Positions 11,531-24,200 of a DNA stretch of 64,000 bases are shown in pieces. The notes beneath the pieces are model-generated. The model was given only the letters and a program-made list of their open reading frames with translations. It searched no databases and had not been told where the DNA came from. Source of the DNA: Microcaecilia unicolor (Eukaryota); NCBI RefSeq assembly GCF_901765095.1, contig NW_021963017.1, forward strand, positions 110,253 through 174,252, written 5' to 3'. The position numbers and the translations under genes were made by a program. How positions within the stretch are numbered: position 1 is the stretch's first letter; the number at the start of each line of letters is the position of its first letter.

Positions 11531-13130
11531 CTTTTGTTTCTTCTTGTCCTGGTCTGAATCTAGTATCTTGTACCATATGCGAGTCACATTTCTGTTTAGG
11601 CTTTAGTGCAGGAAACAGTTTCATCATTAGATCAGATGTAAGAGGACTACTTGTAATGCTATCCATCCTTTCTTGAGGTTGTTCATCTTTCTTTATCGAA
11701 GCAACCTTCCTTTTTATTACTTTATCTGGGATAGATGTTCCATTTTGTGCTTTGTCTTTACTAGTGTAGATCTCTGTTACAAGAAGCTGCTCATTCTCTT
11801 CAAGGTCAGCCCAGGTTCTGTCATCATCAAATCCAGCATCATTTCCATTTAAAATGGATGTGCTGGAGTTAAGTATAGCAGCTTTTTTTTCACTTTTGTT
11901 TTCTGACATGCTGAAATCCTCATTATTGTAATCTTCTTGGTCTGATAAGTCAAGATCCTGGTCCCTGCTTTTACACTCTTTACTAATATTTTTGGAAGGT
12001 ACTTGACAATCATAGTTGTTTGGGTTATCTTCCCTATTGGTAAAAAGTAACTCCTCTGTGTTGTATTTTTCATTTATTACAGTGGTATCAAGGTCATCTT
12101 CAGAGTTAGAAGTTAACACACTATTTCTCTCATTTGCTTTTGTATCCAACTTACCACTTTTTAATGATGGGTTGTCCGTGCAAGATGCTTGAAATAACTT
12201 ATCACTTGAATTATGACATTGTTCATTCAGTGTACTACTAGATGTCTTAAAATCAGGGTTTGATCTTGTTATATCATTGTCAGCTTTGTTTGCTTGTGTG
12301 GCATGCTCTCCCTGTTTAGTTTTGCTATCGGTAGCTACAGAATTCAATAGACTTGCATGATGATGCTGCTGTCCTAATTTAACAGGAGTAGAAGACATTC
12401 GTCGACCTTTATTAATTTGCTGATCTTGAGCCAATAGTTTAAATACAAATGAGGAATTACTAGAGAAGGATACGTCTTCCGCAGCCTGTTCGAAGAGCAG
12501 AAATTCATCTAATTCCAGGCTCTCTTTTTCCTTTTCTTTTTCCCATGTTTCAGATCTCTTCTGGAATGAAAGCTCAAAAGAATATTCTGGGTTTTTTGAA
12601 GGCACATTTGTAGAATACATGGATGTCAACACTGTAGGTGTCAGAAGCTTTTCAACTCCATCCAAATTTTTTCTTAGCCTGCTGTCAACATCAAATACCT
12701 GCCTTGCATGTTCCATATCATCTTTGTTCGTTTCTAGCTTGCTGCTTATTTCTGATCGAAGAGAATTTCTTAATTGTCCATCAAGTTTATTCTCCGACAG
12801 CTCATGTATTGTGAGTGGAGAGGGATTCTTTGTATTTATGTTTTTAAGCACCATTATCTTCTGAGTAGATATAGCAGGACTGTTTTTTGGTTTAACTATC
12901 TGATTAAAAATTGTAACTACATTTTCAGAAAGCTGTTCCTTGCTTACAGGTGTACTTTTCCTCTGTAACTGCGGTCTCTCCATTTTTGCTGCATTTTTGT
13001 CCTCAGTTCTTTGTTGAGTCACCGCTTTGCTTTTTGATAATTTAGATTTAGCATCAGTAAACCTAGCTAGGCCAGCTCCACGTTTCAAAAAAGGTCTCTT
13101 CACCACAGGTTTAACTATTGGTTCCAGGCT
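11531..13130 (-). CDS. CENPJ: CENPJ large central exon, 1600 nt (phase 0 in, phase 1 out). Begins SLEPIVKPVVKRPFLKRGAGLARF (PN2-3/tubulin-binding region motif). Contains the ETWEKEKEKESLELDEFLLFEQAAEDVSFSSNSSFVFKLL and DDDRTWADLEENEQ blocks and ends ...RPGQEETK(G).
   Basis: 528-codon open frame (track ORF 11520-13106, which starts at a GTG). Acceptor gattttag|AGCCTGG at 13130 and donor ACAAAAG|gtaaaaca after 11531. Several blocks are near-identical to human CENPJ exon 7. Confidence 0.85.
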
Positions 13131-13744
13131 CTAAAATCAAATCATGACGTAAAGATTATATTAGATCATTTAATCAGTTCATATAAGGACTATATTTTCA
13201 TTAATATATAAATCAAAATAGGATATAATTTCTAACTCATTTTCCTTTCACAAAACATAAGATTATATAATGGAATCTAGCTAAACACCATGATTAAACA
13301 TTACTACTGCTACAATAGTAGTGATTCCTGGAAAAATCAATAGATTAAGTACTACTATACTTTTTCCTCTCTTCTTGAATTTCATTTTAGAAGATTCATT
13401 CAGTCCTTTTCATATCTCAACTGGCACTTAAGACTTCTACAACATAACATCATTACCACTAAAAGCAGAACTTCCCAAATTGTGGGTCATGACCCCATAC
13501 TCACATTTGGGGTCACAACTTAGGCAGGCCCTCCATAAGAAATCACTGGTCTACACCACCAGTAGGTCATAGCTACAGAAACATTCATATGCACTGTCAT
13601 AGTGTCAGAGAGATAATTTTTGTACATCCTGCCCAAAGTGGTCAGGGATATGCAGCCCTCAAATTTTTCTTTTTAGTATTTTATTTCATTATATAAATTA
13701 ATTTTATATGCATTAAACTGAATTACATGCATAAAAGAAGTGTC

Positions 13745-14400
13745 ACCAGGAGAACATCTTATACCCTGTATACTACTACTACTAATAGCATTTGTATAGC
13801 GCTACCAGACTCACGCAGCGCTGAACACTTGACATAGAGAGACAGTCCCTGCTCAAAGAGCTTACAATCTAGGTAGAACAGATAGACAAGACATAGAACG
13901 GGCAAAGGAATTAATGGGTAAAGAGGAGGAGGGCAAATGAGTAGTGGTTAGGAGCCAAAGGCAGTAGTGAAAAGGTGGGCTTTCAGCATAGATTTAAAAA
14001 CAGGAAGAGATGGAGCTAGACGTATGGGTTCGGGAAGACGGTTCCAGGCATAAGGTGCTGCGAGACAAAAGGAATGAAGTCTGGAGCTAGCGGTGGAGGA
14101 GAAGGGGGACGACAAGAAGATTTGTTCAGAGAGCGGAGTTCAAGGGAAGGAATGTGGGGAGAAACAAGAGAGGAGAGGTAGTGAGGAGTCATAGAGTGGA
14201 TGCATTTAAAGGTCAGTAAGAGGAGTTTGAACTGTATACGGAAGCGGACAGGGAGCCAGTGAAGTGATTTGAGGAGTGGACTAGTGTGGGCATAACGATT
14301 CTGGCGGAAAATAAGTCGTGCTGCAGAATTCTGGACAGATTGAAGAGGAGAGAGATATACTCCAGGATATAGCAATCTCGTGGGAAACCCATATTGCTGT
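13745..14400 (-). mobile_element. L2-clade LINE 3' end (ORF2 C-terminal block ...LQSVQNSAARLIFRQNR.AHTSPLLKSLHWLPVRFRIQFK...), 3'UTR and a (TAC/TAG)n tail at ~13745-13765.
   Basis: Track ORF 14016-14375(-). The same AARLI...HWLP block follows the RT at 34344-34661(-). The tail motif agcgctgcgt...agcgcta is shared with the 3' end of 1-3835. Confidence 0.5.
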
Positions 14401-14489
14401 AAATTGTGAAATGTGTGACTTGTCTTCCTATATTTGTTTTATTTTATTTTTTTACTATAAGTGAAGCACAGAGCATATCCAGAGTCCCC

Positions 14490-15118
14490 GGCCCAATTCT
14501 TCCAAGGAGGTTGCAGAACAGTGAAGATGTCTAAAGGAAAGAAAATTATCAGGTAACACATAATTTCTCCTTCCCTTAGTATCTAGCTATACTGTTCTGC
14601 ATATGTGGAATATTCTGAAACATGTCTACTGGGCAGGAGAAGACAAGGCTTCCCGAATGATGGCTCTGCAAACGTCCAAACAGTCCTTGGCCAATCTGTA
14701 CAGTCTGACAAAGAAATGGAGTTGCCACTTGACAATCTATTCTGGAGCCACAGCCCAGGCCTTTACCAAGGATGTGGTCTGAGCATGTGTGGAGTGGACC
14801 TTCAGGTCCCAAGGCACTGGATGATTCTTGCAAATGTAGGCACTCTCAATAGCCACCTTAATCCACCTTGCAATGGATGCCTTAGAGGCCACCTGGGCCC
14901 CTCCTAGGGCCATGAAAAAGAACAAAGACGTGATCAGAGAGGCGAAAATCGTTTCCTTCAGGTACCAGAGCAGCGTACTCTGGATGTCCAGCTTTTGGAG
15001 TCTCCTGTCACAAAGGGCAAGCAAACTTTCTGATTCAAATGGAATAGAGAACAACCAAGGTGTCGAAGGGCAGAAAACAGGAGCACCCCTCCATGGAACG
15101 TCACAGAAATCAACACGA
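14490..15118 (-). mobile_element. DIRS-like family B 3' end: tyrosine-recombinase C-terminus (...SKASIARWIKVAIESAY...LKVHSTHAQ) plus terminal hairpin repeats (ttgcagaacagtg / cactgttctgcat, aaagaaaattatcaggtaa). Interrupted at 15118/15119; continues at 18417.
   Basis: Track ORF 14737-15132(-) is homologous to 52102-52320(-). The terminal block recurs at 62500-62590 and, inverted, at 60697-60740 and 62150-62195. Confidence 0.55.
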
Positions 15119-18100
15119 GCAGAGGGTGACAAACTGACTCCAAGCCTGGGACATGATATGCAAAAATCCTTTATTCAGTAGCACCAGATGAATGACCAGA
15201 CATGGGTTCATGTTTCGACAGATGCAACTGCCTGTTTCAGAGGTTAGAACAACTGTGTATAAAAGTGACATGACCATAAGAACAAATGTATTATAAAACT
15301 TATTACATTGAAAAGCAAAAACTCATTAAAGGTGCAATTAAAAATTGCAAAATTACAATAAAAACTGCAATAAGCAGCAGTATTCAATTAAAAACATATA
15401 AGTATTAAAAAGTGTACTGGATAAACTATTCCGTCTCATTAAATTGTGTCTAAACACTTATAAAAGATGAAGGAGATATATATGAAACAGCACATGGAAA
15501 GGTATCCAGCATAAAAGGAATACACCTCTTCGGCTGTTAAAATACCCCTTGATGATGGCAAGGGAGACAACTTCCTTAATGTCTTGCCGTAGAGAAGAAG
15601 TGGTATCCAAGTTCAGAACTATGAAGTATTGTCTGTCAGCTGTCTTTCAATTTCCGCCATAAAATCACTGCAATTTTGTATCACGATGCCTCCACCATTA
15701 TCTGCTGGCTTGATAACTATTTCACTATTTATGGCCAAGTCTCAAACGGCTGCGTCTTAACTCTGTAAAGATTATAAAAACGCTGTTTCTTTTTCTTCTC
15801 TATCATGGAGGCTTTGCATTGGATACTTATACTGAATGCATTAATCAGGGGATCCATGGAGCCAGGCGGGATCCACTGTGAGGGATTTTTGACCACAAAG
15901 ATATCAGTTTGGGATGTAGGGTGGTTCTGAGAAGGCCTGGATGATCTATAATTTGCACGTGAAACAAACAGATCTACTCTGGTCTGAAATGCGTTGTATC
16001 TATCTGATTAGGTGGTAGGCATGGAAGAGATACCCTTACATAAAACATCAATTTGCATGTCTGTTAAGACTGACATCTGATAAATTGAAGATAGGACTAT
16101 CTACCTCCAGTTGTTCTTCCTCTGATGTTGGTAATTGGGATATTGAGGGATCCTGCCTCGCAGTCCTCTGGGGTAGCCTCTTCCTCTCCCTCTGGGTGGA
16201 TAAGAGTGATGAACTCGTGATTGGGAGTGGAAGCGTAGTCGTATTTGGTGTATGTCTGGTAGACCTGTCCCAGATCTTCTCTAAAAAAATAATGGGATGG
16301 ACCTAGAGAAGGAGAGGATACAGGGCCATCATGAAATGGAGGTTTACCCAAAGAGGTTATCTGCCACACTGTATCCAGGATGGATTTGAAAAGGCAAGCC
16401 ATAAACCCAGAAGTTATCTACTCACAAACAGAACAGAAAATTTCCAGATGTTGTACGTACACTGAGGTACTCCCAACATTGCAACACAGGTCCATAAAAT
16501 TATAAGGAAAAATTGGCATATCCTTGAGGGCCACAAATGTTTTAAAAACAAAAATCTGGTTGTAGCCTATTCCAGAGGAAGGAATTTAAAGGAGAAGATT
16601 GTTCCCTCCGCCTTGCCAGAATTTGCTGTGGATCCATTTGCAGACCCTATATTTGGGACACAGATTGAGTGGAAGGTGCAGCATCTGTCCACATGCACTG
16701 GAAATCTAGACCTTCACTCATCCAACAACAGGGAACGTCTACACCCTTAAACACTCCTCTAATTGTCACACAACACAAGTTCTCTATATCATCACATGCC
16801 CTTGTAATCTTCTGTATGTAGGGGAAACTAAAAGAGCCATCAAAACCTGCATTATAGAACATAAAAGTTGTATTAGCCTTTGTGTTATCGGTGCACACTT
16901 GTAGTACACTGGTATACACAGAACCACACAATCCAGGATTTGAAGTTTTTTTGTTCTCAAGCTTCACCACAAACCCTGGAGGGAACAGAATATTGACAAG
17001 CACCTCCTACAGGAGGAAAAAAGAACCATTTTTCACATGTGAACCCTGGCACCGCAGAGTCTCAGTTCAGAAATATATTATAGACCCTTTCTTTATTTGT
17101 GCATTCACATTGGTTTTTATCTGTGTGTCTTATCTACTTAAAATTTATGTATTTGGTGATGACCTTTTTATCTATTGTTCTGTATTTCAACCCTATTTGC
17201 ATCATAATCACTTATTTTACCTTTTATTTTAACCAATTTTTATTGTACTTTAACCAGTCATTTTGTCCCTTTTAACCGGGTATATTTTTAACCCACTCTC
17301 TTTAACATAGCACTCATCCATGTTCAGCATCTTATTATTATTCATGTACTCATCTTTATTCATGAACCCTTAAATCATTTAAATTGTCATCAGGCTGTAA
17401 TCTTGTTCACTCTTCAATGTGGCGGTGTTTGAAGTGCTGTTTCAAGACTACATACCAGTAAGAATCTATTCTTTTTTTTTTTTTTTTAGAAATTTTTCAA
17501 TGTATTTGCTTGCTGCAGTAACACACACCCTTTTTACAGTCCTTTCTGGCGCCTGCTTGTTATAGTGCCAGGAGCTTTTATTGTCCGGTTCATGCTAACT
17601 GGTTATGTTTGACTGGTTTAGTTTTTAACCATTCTATCCTTACCCGGTTATTTTTAACCGGTTTCATTTTACTGGCTTTAATTTAACCTGTTTCTTAGCA
17701 CTTAATATAGATTTTGGGTTTTTAGCATTTTAAACTGTGATTCATGGTTCTTTCTCCCTTTTATATCTGCAATTTGCTTTTTTAGAGTATACAGTATAGA
17801 CTTTGTATGCAGGATATTTCATTCATCGACTGCACCAGGTCATATACCATTACCTTACACAGAGGTAGGAGTGTATTTTAAGGATTCTTTTTACTTGCAT
17901 GTCTGTCCCTTTTATCAGTCCATTTCATAGTAGTTATACTCTCACACCAATGTTTTTATTACATATGTTTCTATTTTATATTACATATTTATTTATAAAC
18001 AAGACTTCTGCAACATCAAGTGCATTTATTTTATGTTGGATGGTCTCCACTCTGCTGTTTCATCTCACAAGCTTTGTCATACAAGGTTATTTCCTTTTAT

Positions 18101-18416
18101 GCTGGATAGCTTCCCATGTGCTGTTTCATATATAGCTCCTTTATCTTTTATGAGTATTCAGACACAGTTTAATGACAATATAATGAATAGTTTATGCAGT
18201 CTTTTTAATACTTGCATGTTTTTAGTTTAATAGTGTTACTTATTGCAATCTTTTAATTGTAATTTTGCAATCTTTAATTGCACCTTTAATGAGTTTTTGC
18301 TTTCAATGTAATACATTTATAATAAAAATCCATGCCGGGTCATTCATGTGGTGCTACTGAATAAAGGATTTTTGCATATCATCTCCCAGGACTGGAGTCA
18401 GTTTGTCACCCTCTGC
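15119..18416. mobile_element. Unclassified ~3.3-kb element bounded by ~400-bp terminal inverted repeats (15119-15540 and 18040-18416, ~85% identical, one ~70-bp indel). Inserted into the DIRS-B recombinase gene. Internal ORFs (16097-16402, 16647-17003, minus strand) have no recognised domain.
   Basis: Reverse complement of 15119-15140 = 18395-18416 (gagtcagtttgtcaccctctgc); arm similarity continues ~400 bp inward. DIRS-B homology resumes exactly outside both arms. Confidence 0.5.
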
Positions 18417-19527
18417 GCACATGGAATGGAGACAACACCTTAGGAAGAAAGGAAGGAACCTTGTAAAGGGAAACTAAGTCCTCCATAAAGTCGAGATAAG
18501 GGTCACGACATGACAGACCCTGCAGCTCAGAACTTTTTGTGCCGAGGTAACTGTGACCAAAAAAACAGTCTTGAGAGTAAGGTCCTTAATAGAGGTCAAC
18601 TGCACAGGCTCAAACAGAGCCTCCGCAAGTACTCAGAAAACCAGGTTGAGGTCCTCACAAGGGACGTGCAGGGGGCGGGTAGGGGGCGCAAATGCGCCAC
18701 ACCTTTCATGAAAAGGGCCACCTTGCCATGCAAGGCCAGGGAGGTGCCCTTCACATTACCCTGAAGAAAGACCAGCTACTTGGACCCTCAGGGAGCCCAA
18801 TACCCTGACAGAAGGTAGGGATGTGGAAGACTTCTGAGAGTGCAGCAGAGTACAAACTACTGTGGGAGAAAAATCACACTTCTTTAAGCACTTCCTCTCA
18901 ATGGCCAGACCATAAACGAGAAGGGGTCCATATCTTCCATTTCTACTAGAACTTGCCAGAGAAGGTCCCAGCCTCTAGGCAATAAGAGATTCACTTTTGA
19001 ACAGGCACACGAGGACTGTGTGCCAAGGTCTGCGAGGCCAATCTGGGGCTACAAGAAAGATTACACGAGGATGACATGCAATCCTGTGTAAAAGACAGCC
19101 TATCAGAGATCATGGAAGGAACACATGCAGAGGTTCCACTTGTGGCCAAGGCTGGACTAGGGCATCTATCCCCCGAGAGGCTGGCTCCCTTCAATGCTTG
19201 AAGAAATGTCCCACTTTCACACTGGATCTGGAAGCCATCAGATTGACCAACAGGGGGTCCCACTAGTTCAGAATGAGCTGAAAGCTCAGCTGCCCCAGCT
19301 CCCATTCTCCCAGATCCAGGAGACAGCAACTGAGAAAGTCCACGTGCACATGAGGGTCTGCAGGTGTTTCTTTGCCCACTGACAAAGGTATGCTGCTTCC
19401 AAGGCTACTGCCTGACTTCTGGTGCCGCCATACTTGTTGATATAAGCCACGGCTATGGCAATGTCAGACATCAACCTGACCGCCTTTCCCCAAAGGAGCA
19501 GCTGGAACTCTAGAAGGACCAGATAAA

Positions 19528-19546
19528 CCCCCCCCCCCCCCCCCCC
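19528..19546. repeat. C19 homopolymer. Similar runs: C13 24865-24877, C23 29864-29886 (followed by T19), C16 51150-51165, G23 55294-55316, G18 55410-55427.
   Basis: Direct observation. Confidence 0.9.
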
Positions 19547-20499
19547 AGGTCACCTCCTGCTGAGTCCAGGTCCCCTGCACCATATGACCTAGGCAATGAG
19601 CTCCCCAGTCAAGGAGATTCACATATTCATATCCATGGTGACAAGCACCCATAGTGGGGGATCCAGCAGCACCCGTCTCAGGAGGTGAACTGGGATGTCC
19701 CCCACCAGACCAGACCGATTTTTGGCTTGGGCGAAAGTGTCTGAGGAAAGTCCTGTGAGAAGAGAGCCCACAAAAACAACGGAGCCTGCCACAAGAGCCA
19801 CATTTGAGCATCGCACACAGCACCACCTCCAGCAACACAGCCATGGAAACCAGGAGCTGCAATTGGTCCCATACTGAGGGGACCATGAGCTCATATAATC
19901 TGCGCTACTGCGCTCAAAGCTTCTCTGCCCTGTCCTCCAGGAAGGACACCATCCCCTGGGCAGAGTCAAAGCGGACTCCCAGATATTCCAGGACCGGGGA
20001 GGGAACCAGATGCCTCAAATCACAACCCAGCCCAGGTCTCCAACCAAGAGATGACCTGAAAGGTGGACAGCCTGATCTCTTTGGCTGAATCTGCCTGAAT
20101 CAGCCAGTTGTCCAGTAAAGATGTACTGTGATCCCCTGGTGATGTAGCTAAAGCAGCAACTACCACCATAACATTGGAGAAGGTGTGGGGGGCTTTGACC
20201 AGACCAAAGGGCAAGGCCCGAATGTCACGGCCTCACCGTGCTTGGCTCAGTTCCGATGCCTGACATCAGGGTCAGGTCCCGTGCATTCTTTGATGCTTCC
20301 TGCCTCTCTGCCCCTTGTTGACACACCAGTGCAGGTGCTCCTGGCATGGCTCCTGCAGGTCTCCTCCTCACTAATCATGCTGCACATGTGTGGGACTGTT
20401 TTTGACCAGCCATGGGTGGGAAGGGTCAGATGACGTCAGACGCCCAGAGATCTATTTCAAAGGACAGCTGACTCAGTTCCTTGCCTTGCAACAGGTCTG

Positions 20500-20745
20500 C
20501 TTCGGCAACTGACAGTGGTCTTCAGTTTGTGGTTTCCAGTCTTCAGTTCCAGAATCCATCCACAGCTTCCAGAGTCCATTACTGGCTTCCAGAAACCAAG
20601 GCTCTAGTGTCTGCTTCCAGCCTCCTGTGTCCAGCATACAATCCCAGGCCTCTGGGTCAGCCTCCAGCTGCCAGCGTCTTGTCTTCAGCGTCAGATGCCG
20701 GCTTCTAGCCTCCCAGGTCACTGCCAGTTCACAGCTTCCCATCTA
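20500..20745. repeat. Degenerate tandem repeat (GCTTCCAG-containing ~20-25-bp units).
   Basis: ...cagcttccagagtccattactggcttccagaaaccaagg...gcttccagcctcctgtgtccagc... Confidence 0.5.
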
Positions 20746-21249
20746 CCTTGGCCAGGGTGTATATTCCTTCCTATACTAGGCCTGTAATATGGCACTGCTA
20801 GCCCTCAGTTTTCCAGGCTTCCTGTTCTCAGCTTATTTTTATTTTCTTCCTTCAGCTGCATGTAAGCTACAGTGCTTTCTCAGTAAATGGAAAGTACATG
20901 TTACATGTCACGGTGACAGGAGGAACTGAGGCTATGCGGCCCATATATGGCAGATACAATTGGATATAACCTTGGTGCTGATGAGAGACTGAGGACCCTC
21001 CAAAGGAGTTGTTCCTGTCAGGTAGAAGGACACCAGGTGTTTCATACTACTTATTTGTTAGCTGGTTTTTACAGATAAGGAATTAGCCAATTGCCACAAA
21101 GTGTGCATGTGCACACAAGAGGAGAGAATGATACAATGGAGGAAATTGCCATTTTTGTATATTACTATATTGTGTGATGGAAGGAAACAGGAAGATCCAT
21201 ATATGATCACAAGTTAGTTTAGGAGAAATCACATGATTTAGGAGAAACA

Positions 21250-24200
21250 AAACTTACAACAATATATATGTGATGGATAAGAAAGTTTTTGCTGAGCAGT
21301 TTTGTTATTCAGTCTGTGTGTCTGGCTACAGTATGACAACCTGCTCCAGAGAGAACAATTATTTTGTATTGGCTTAGTGAGATACCAATAAAGATTTTTT
21401 TCTGGTTGCGCCTATATCTAAGTCTGATTGTCTCTCTTATTCCAGCCTCTAAGGCTGAAGTGTTTTCACCAGGGGCAATGGACAGGATTACACAAGGGTG
21501 ATTCGCCTACGGAAGACTGAACAGTCTGCCCCAACCATGGTCCAAGGGCTCAGCAAAACCTGTATGTGACACCAAAACTGCAAATAGCACCCAAGAATAC
21601 AGAAGCAAAGATAATGTTTGTGATGGGCTATGATGGGAATATGCAGATAGGCCTTAGCAAGATCCTAGGAGGTCTAGAACTTTCCCACACCCCTGAGGGA
21701 GCAAAAACATAACAACCCGTATGTACCTCGTGTAGCCACCTGAGAAGCGCTGCAACGTTGTATAGCCTAAGATCAGACAGATTGACTCCCCCCTCGCTAC
21801 CTGACGGGTGAGCTTGCTATACCCAATCCTAGCCCTGCGACCTCCCCAAATAAAGGACGATATCACTCCCCTATAGGCCCCCTCATCTTTACTATGAATC
21901 CACAGTGGCATCATTTGCAGAGCATAAAGGATCTTAGGGAACAACACCATTTTAACGAGTGCCACACGTCCTAAAAACGAAACAGGGAGATCCTTCCATT
22001 GTCGACATAGCTGTTTAATGGCCTCTAACTTGTCGCAGACATTTTTCTTGTATATATAGGTAAAGTCTAAATGCAGGTATACTCCCAGGTATTTCATAGG
22101 TCCCATTGTCAAGGCCAGAGGGAAGTCGGAGCAGCTCTTGCAGACACAATTAGCGGACAGCAACATTGCCTCAGACTTATCAAAATTAAACCTCAAACTG
22201 GAGAAAAATCCAAATTGTTGGATAAGATTTATCAAAATGGGTATCCCCCTTGTCGCCTGCCCCAGGAATATTAACATATCATCTGCAAAAAGATTGATTT
22301 TGTATTCACACTTCTCTACTCTTATTCCTGCCAAAGGCTCCAAGGCCAAAACAAAAACCATAGGCGACAGAGGGCACCCCTGTCTCGTACCCCTTTGCAG
22401 CGCAAACGACAGGGACAAAGCATTATTTATCAAAATTTGTGCTGTGGGAATCCTGTATAAAGCCAGGATCCCGTGCAGAAACTCCCCATATATGCCAAAC
22501 TGTGGCAAAACCCAAAAAAGATGGTCCCATAAAATTTTATCGAATGCTTTTTCTGCATCTAGGCTAACAATGATATCTCCCGGCTTACCCCCCCTTTGCT
22601 TGAATTGCACTCAACGCTCTTAGAATGTTAGTAGAGGCATACCTCCCTGGGATGAAGCCCAATTGGTCCTCATGCACTAGAATGGGAAGCACCTTTCCCA
22701 ACCGGGCAGCCATAATGCTAGCGAACAGTTTTATGTCCTGATTTAATAAGGAGATGGGCTGGTAGAAACACAGCAGCACCCGATCGCGGCCTGGTTTAGG
22801 CAGAACTATTATAGATGCATGTGTCATGGCACCCGTGGACTGCCCTTCTGTGCACAATGCTTCGCATACTTCGCTAAATGGCCCTGCTATCTGACCTCCC
22901 AGAATCTTGTAAAATTCAGGCCCCGGAGCTTTTGCTAGCATAAGCTTCTTTATAGCTTCTTATATTTCAAGCCCCTGAACAGACACATTCAAGATATCTC
23001 GGTGTTCTTGCGTCAGCGAGGGGAGCCTAAGGCCCTGAAAGAATGCCTCCCGTTTGTTCAAGTCACAACTCCCCGTCATACAGAGATTTATAAAAATCCA
23101 CAAACGCCTTTTGTAACTCCTCTTCCCTAGACAGTGTCTGCCCCGTTACAGATTTGATACAATTTATTAGTTGCTTAGCAGGTCTGTTTCGAACCAGGGT
23201 GGCCAGCAATCTATCCGTCTTATTCCCCCATCTGTGGAGTCGGTATTTGTATAACTGAATGTCCCTCATCGCCCGTTTATTCAAAGTGTCATTAATCTTA
23301 GTTTTTAACTCTCTGAAGGTGTTCCTAGCCGCTTCATCTCCCCACGCTGCCAATGTCCTAGCATCTTGGAGTAGGCGGAACTGGGTAAGAAGTTCCCCAT
23401 CTCCTTTTTTTCGAGTTCTGGCCATGTATTCTATAATTTGTCCTCTCATCACTGCCTTCCCTGCTTCCCACAAGGCGATCGGGTCAGATACAGATGACTT
23501 GTTATCTGTTAGGTAGTGTCCCCATTCCTTTTGGAGAAATTCCTTGAATTCTGGCTCTTGGTACAAGGTAGGATTCATGCGCCAACCCAATCTACTCCTA
23601 ACCCTCGAGAGGCTTATATCCACCCAAATCAGGCTATGATCAGAGACCACTCTCGCCTCAATCTCCGCAGAACGACTAACAGAGAAGAGAGTTTGTGATA
23701 GTAAAATATAATCTAACCTAGCCTGACATTTATGTACATGTGAGTAGAAAGTGTATTCTCTGTCATCCGGGTGTAGCACCCTCCAAACGTCCACTAGCCC
23801 CAGATCTCTTTGGAGAAGCCCTATTCCCCCTGTCCTCCATTCCCTTAGGCTGTGCTTTCGATGGATTATAGTCAACTAGTGGATCTGCCGTTATATTAAA
23901 ATCCCCTCCCACAACCAGTTGATATTCTGGCAGTGGTGCCAGAGCAGCCAACAGCTGAGAGTAGAATTTCTGGGAGTAGACGTTCGGAGCATATACCGAA
24001 CACAAAGCTACCCAGTCCCTGAATACTACCCGCCCAAATCACAAATCTTCCCTCAGGGTCCTGAACAATTTTGTGGCAGGTACTATCTAACCCTTTACTC
24101 ACGAGGATAGCTACTCCCCTTTGTCTACTGTTGTACGAAGAGTAGGCAATCTCACCCACCCAACCCTGTTTCAACTTAAGATGTTCTGGTGAAGACAAAT

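Larger units (their letters stand above)
18417..21250 (-). mobile_element. Continuation of the DIRS-like family B copy: recombinase N-terminal region (18417-~19000, collinear with 52320-52840), RNase H region, RT (PFGLVKAPHTFSNVMVVVAALATSPGDHSTSLLDNWLIQADS at 20020-20214). The upstream end is uncertain.
   Basis: Nucleotide similarity 18440-18600 vs 52320-52480. RT motifs B-C (PFGL..AP, LDNW = YxDD variant) on the minus strand. Confidence 0.45.

Noticed and set aside
11520-13106. The 528-aa ORF as a stand-alone low-complexity protein starting at a Met.
   Set aside because: It is an internal exon of CENPJ (acceptor at 13130, donor after 11531). The track's initial 'M' is a GTG codon (VVKRPF...).
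16097-17003. Minus-strand ORFs 16097-16402 and 16647-17003 as host exons or as a GIY-YIG/transposase domain.
   Set aside because: No convincing splice sites. No similarity I can recognise to CENPJ or to the Penelope-like element GIY-YIG at 32303-33307. They lie inside a TIR-bounded insertion, so they are left unclassified.
20760-21650. Possible solo LTR (AATAAAGATTTTTTTCTGG R/U5-like motif at ~21380).
   Set aside because: No TG...CA termini, TSD or second LTR could be identified. The region more likely contains the upstream end of the DIRS-B copy and the L1 3' region.
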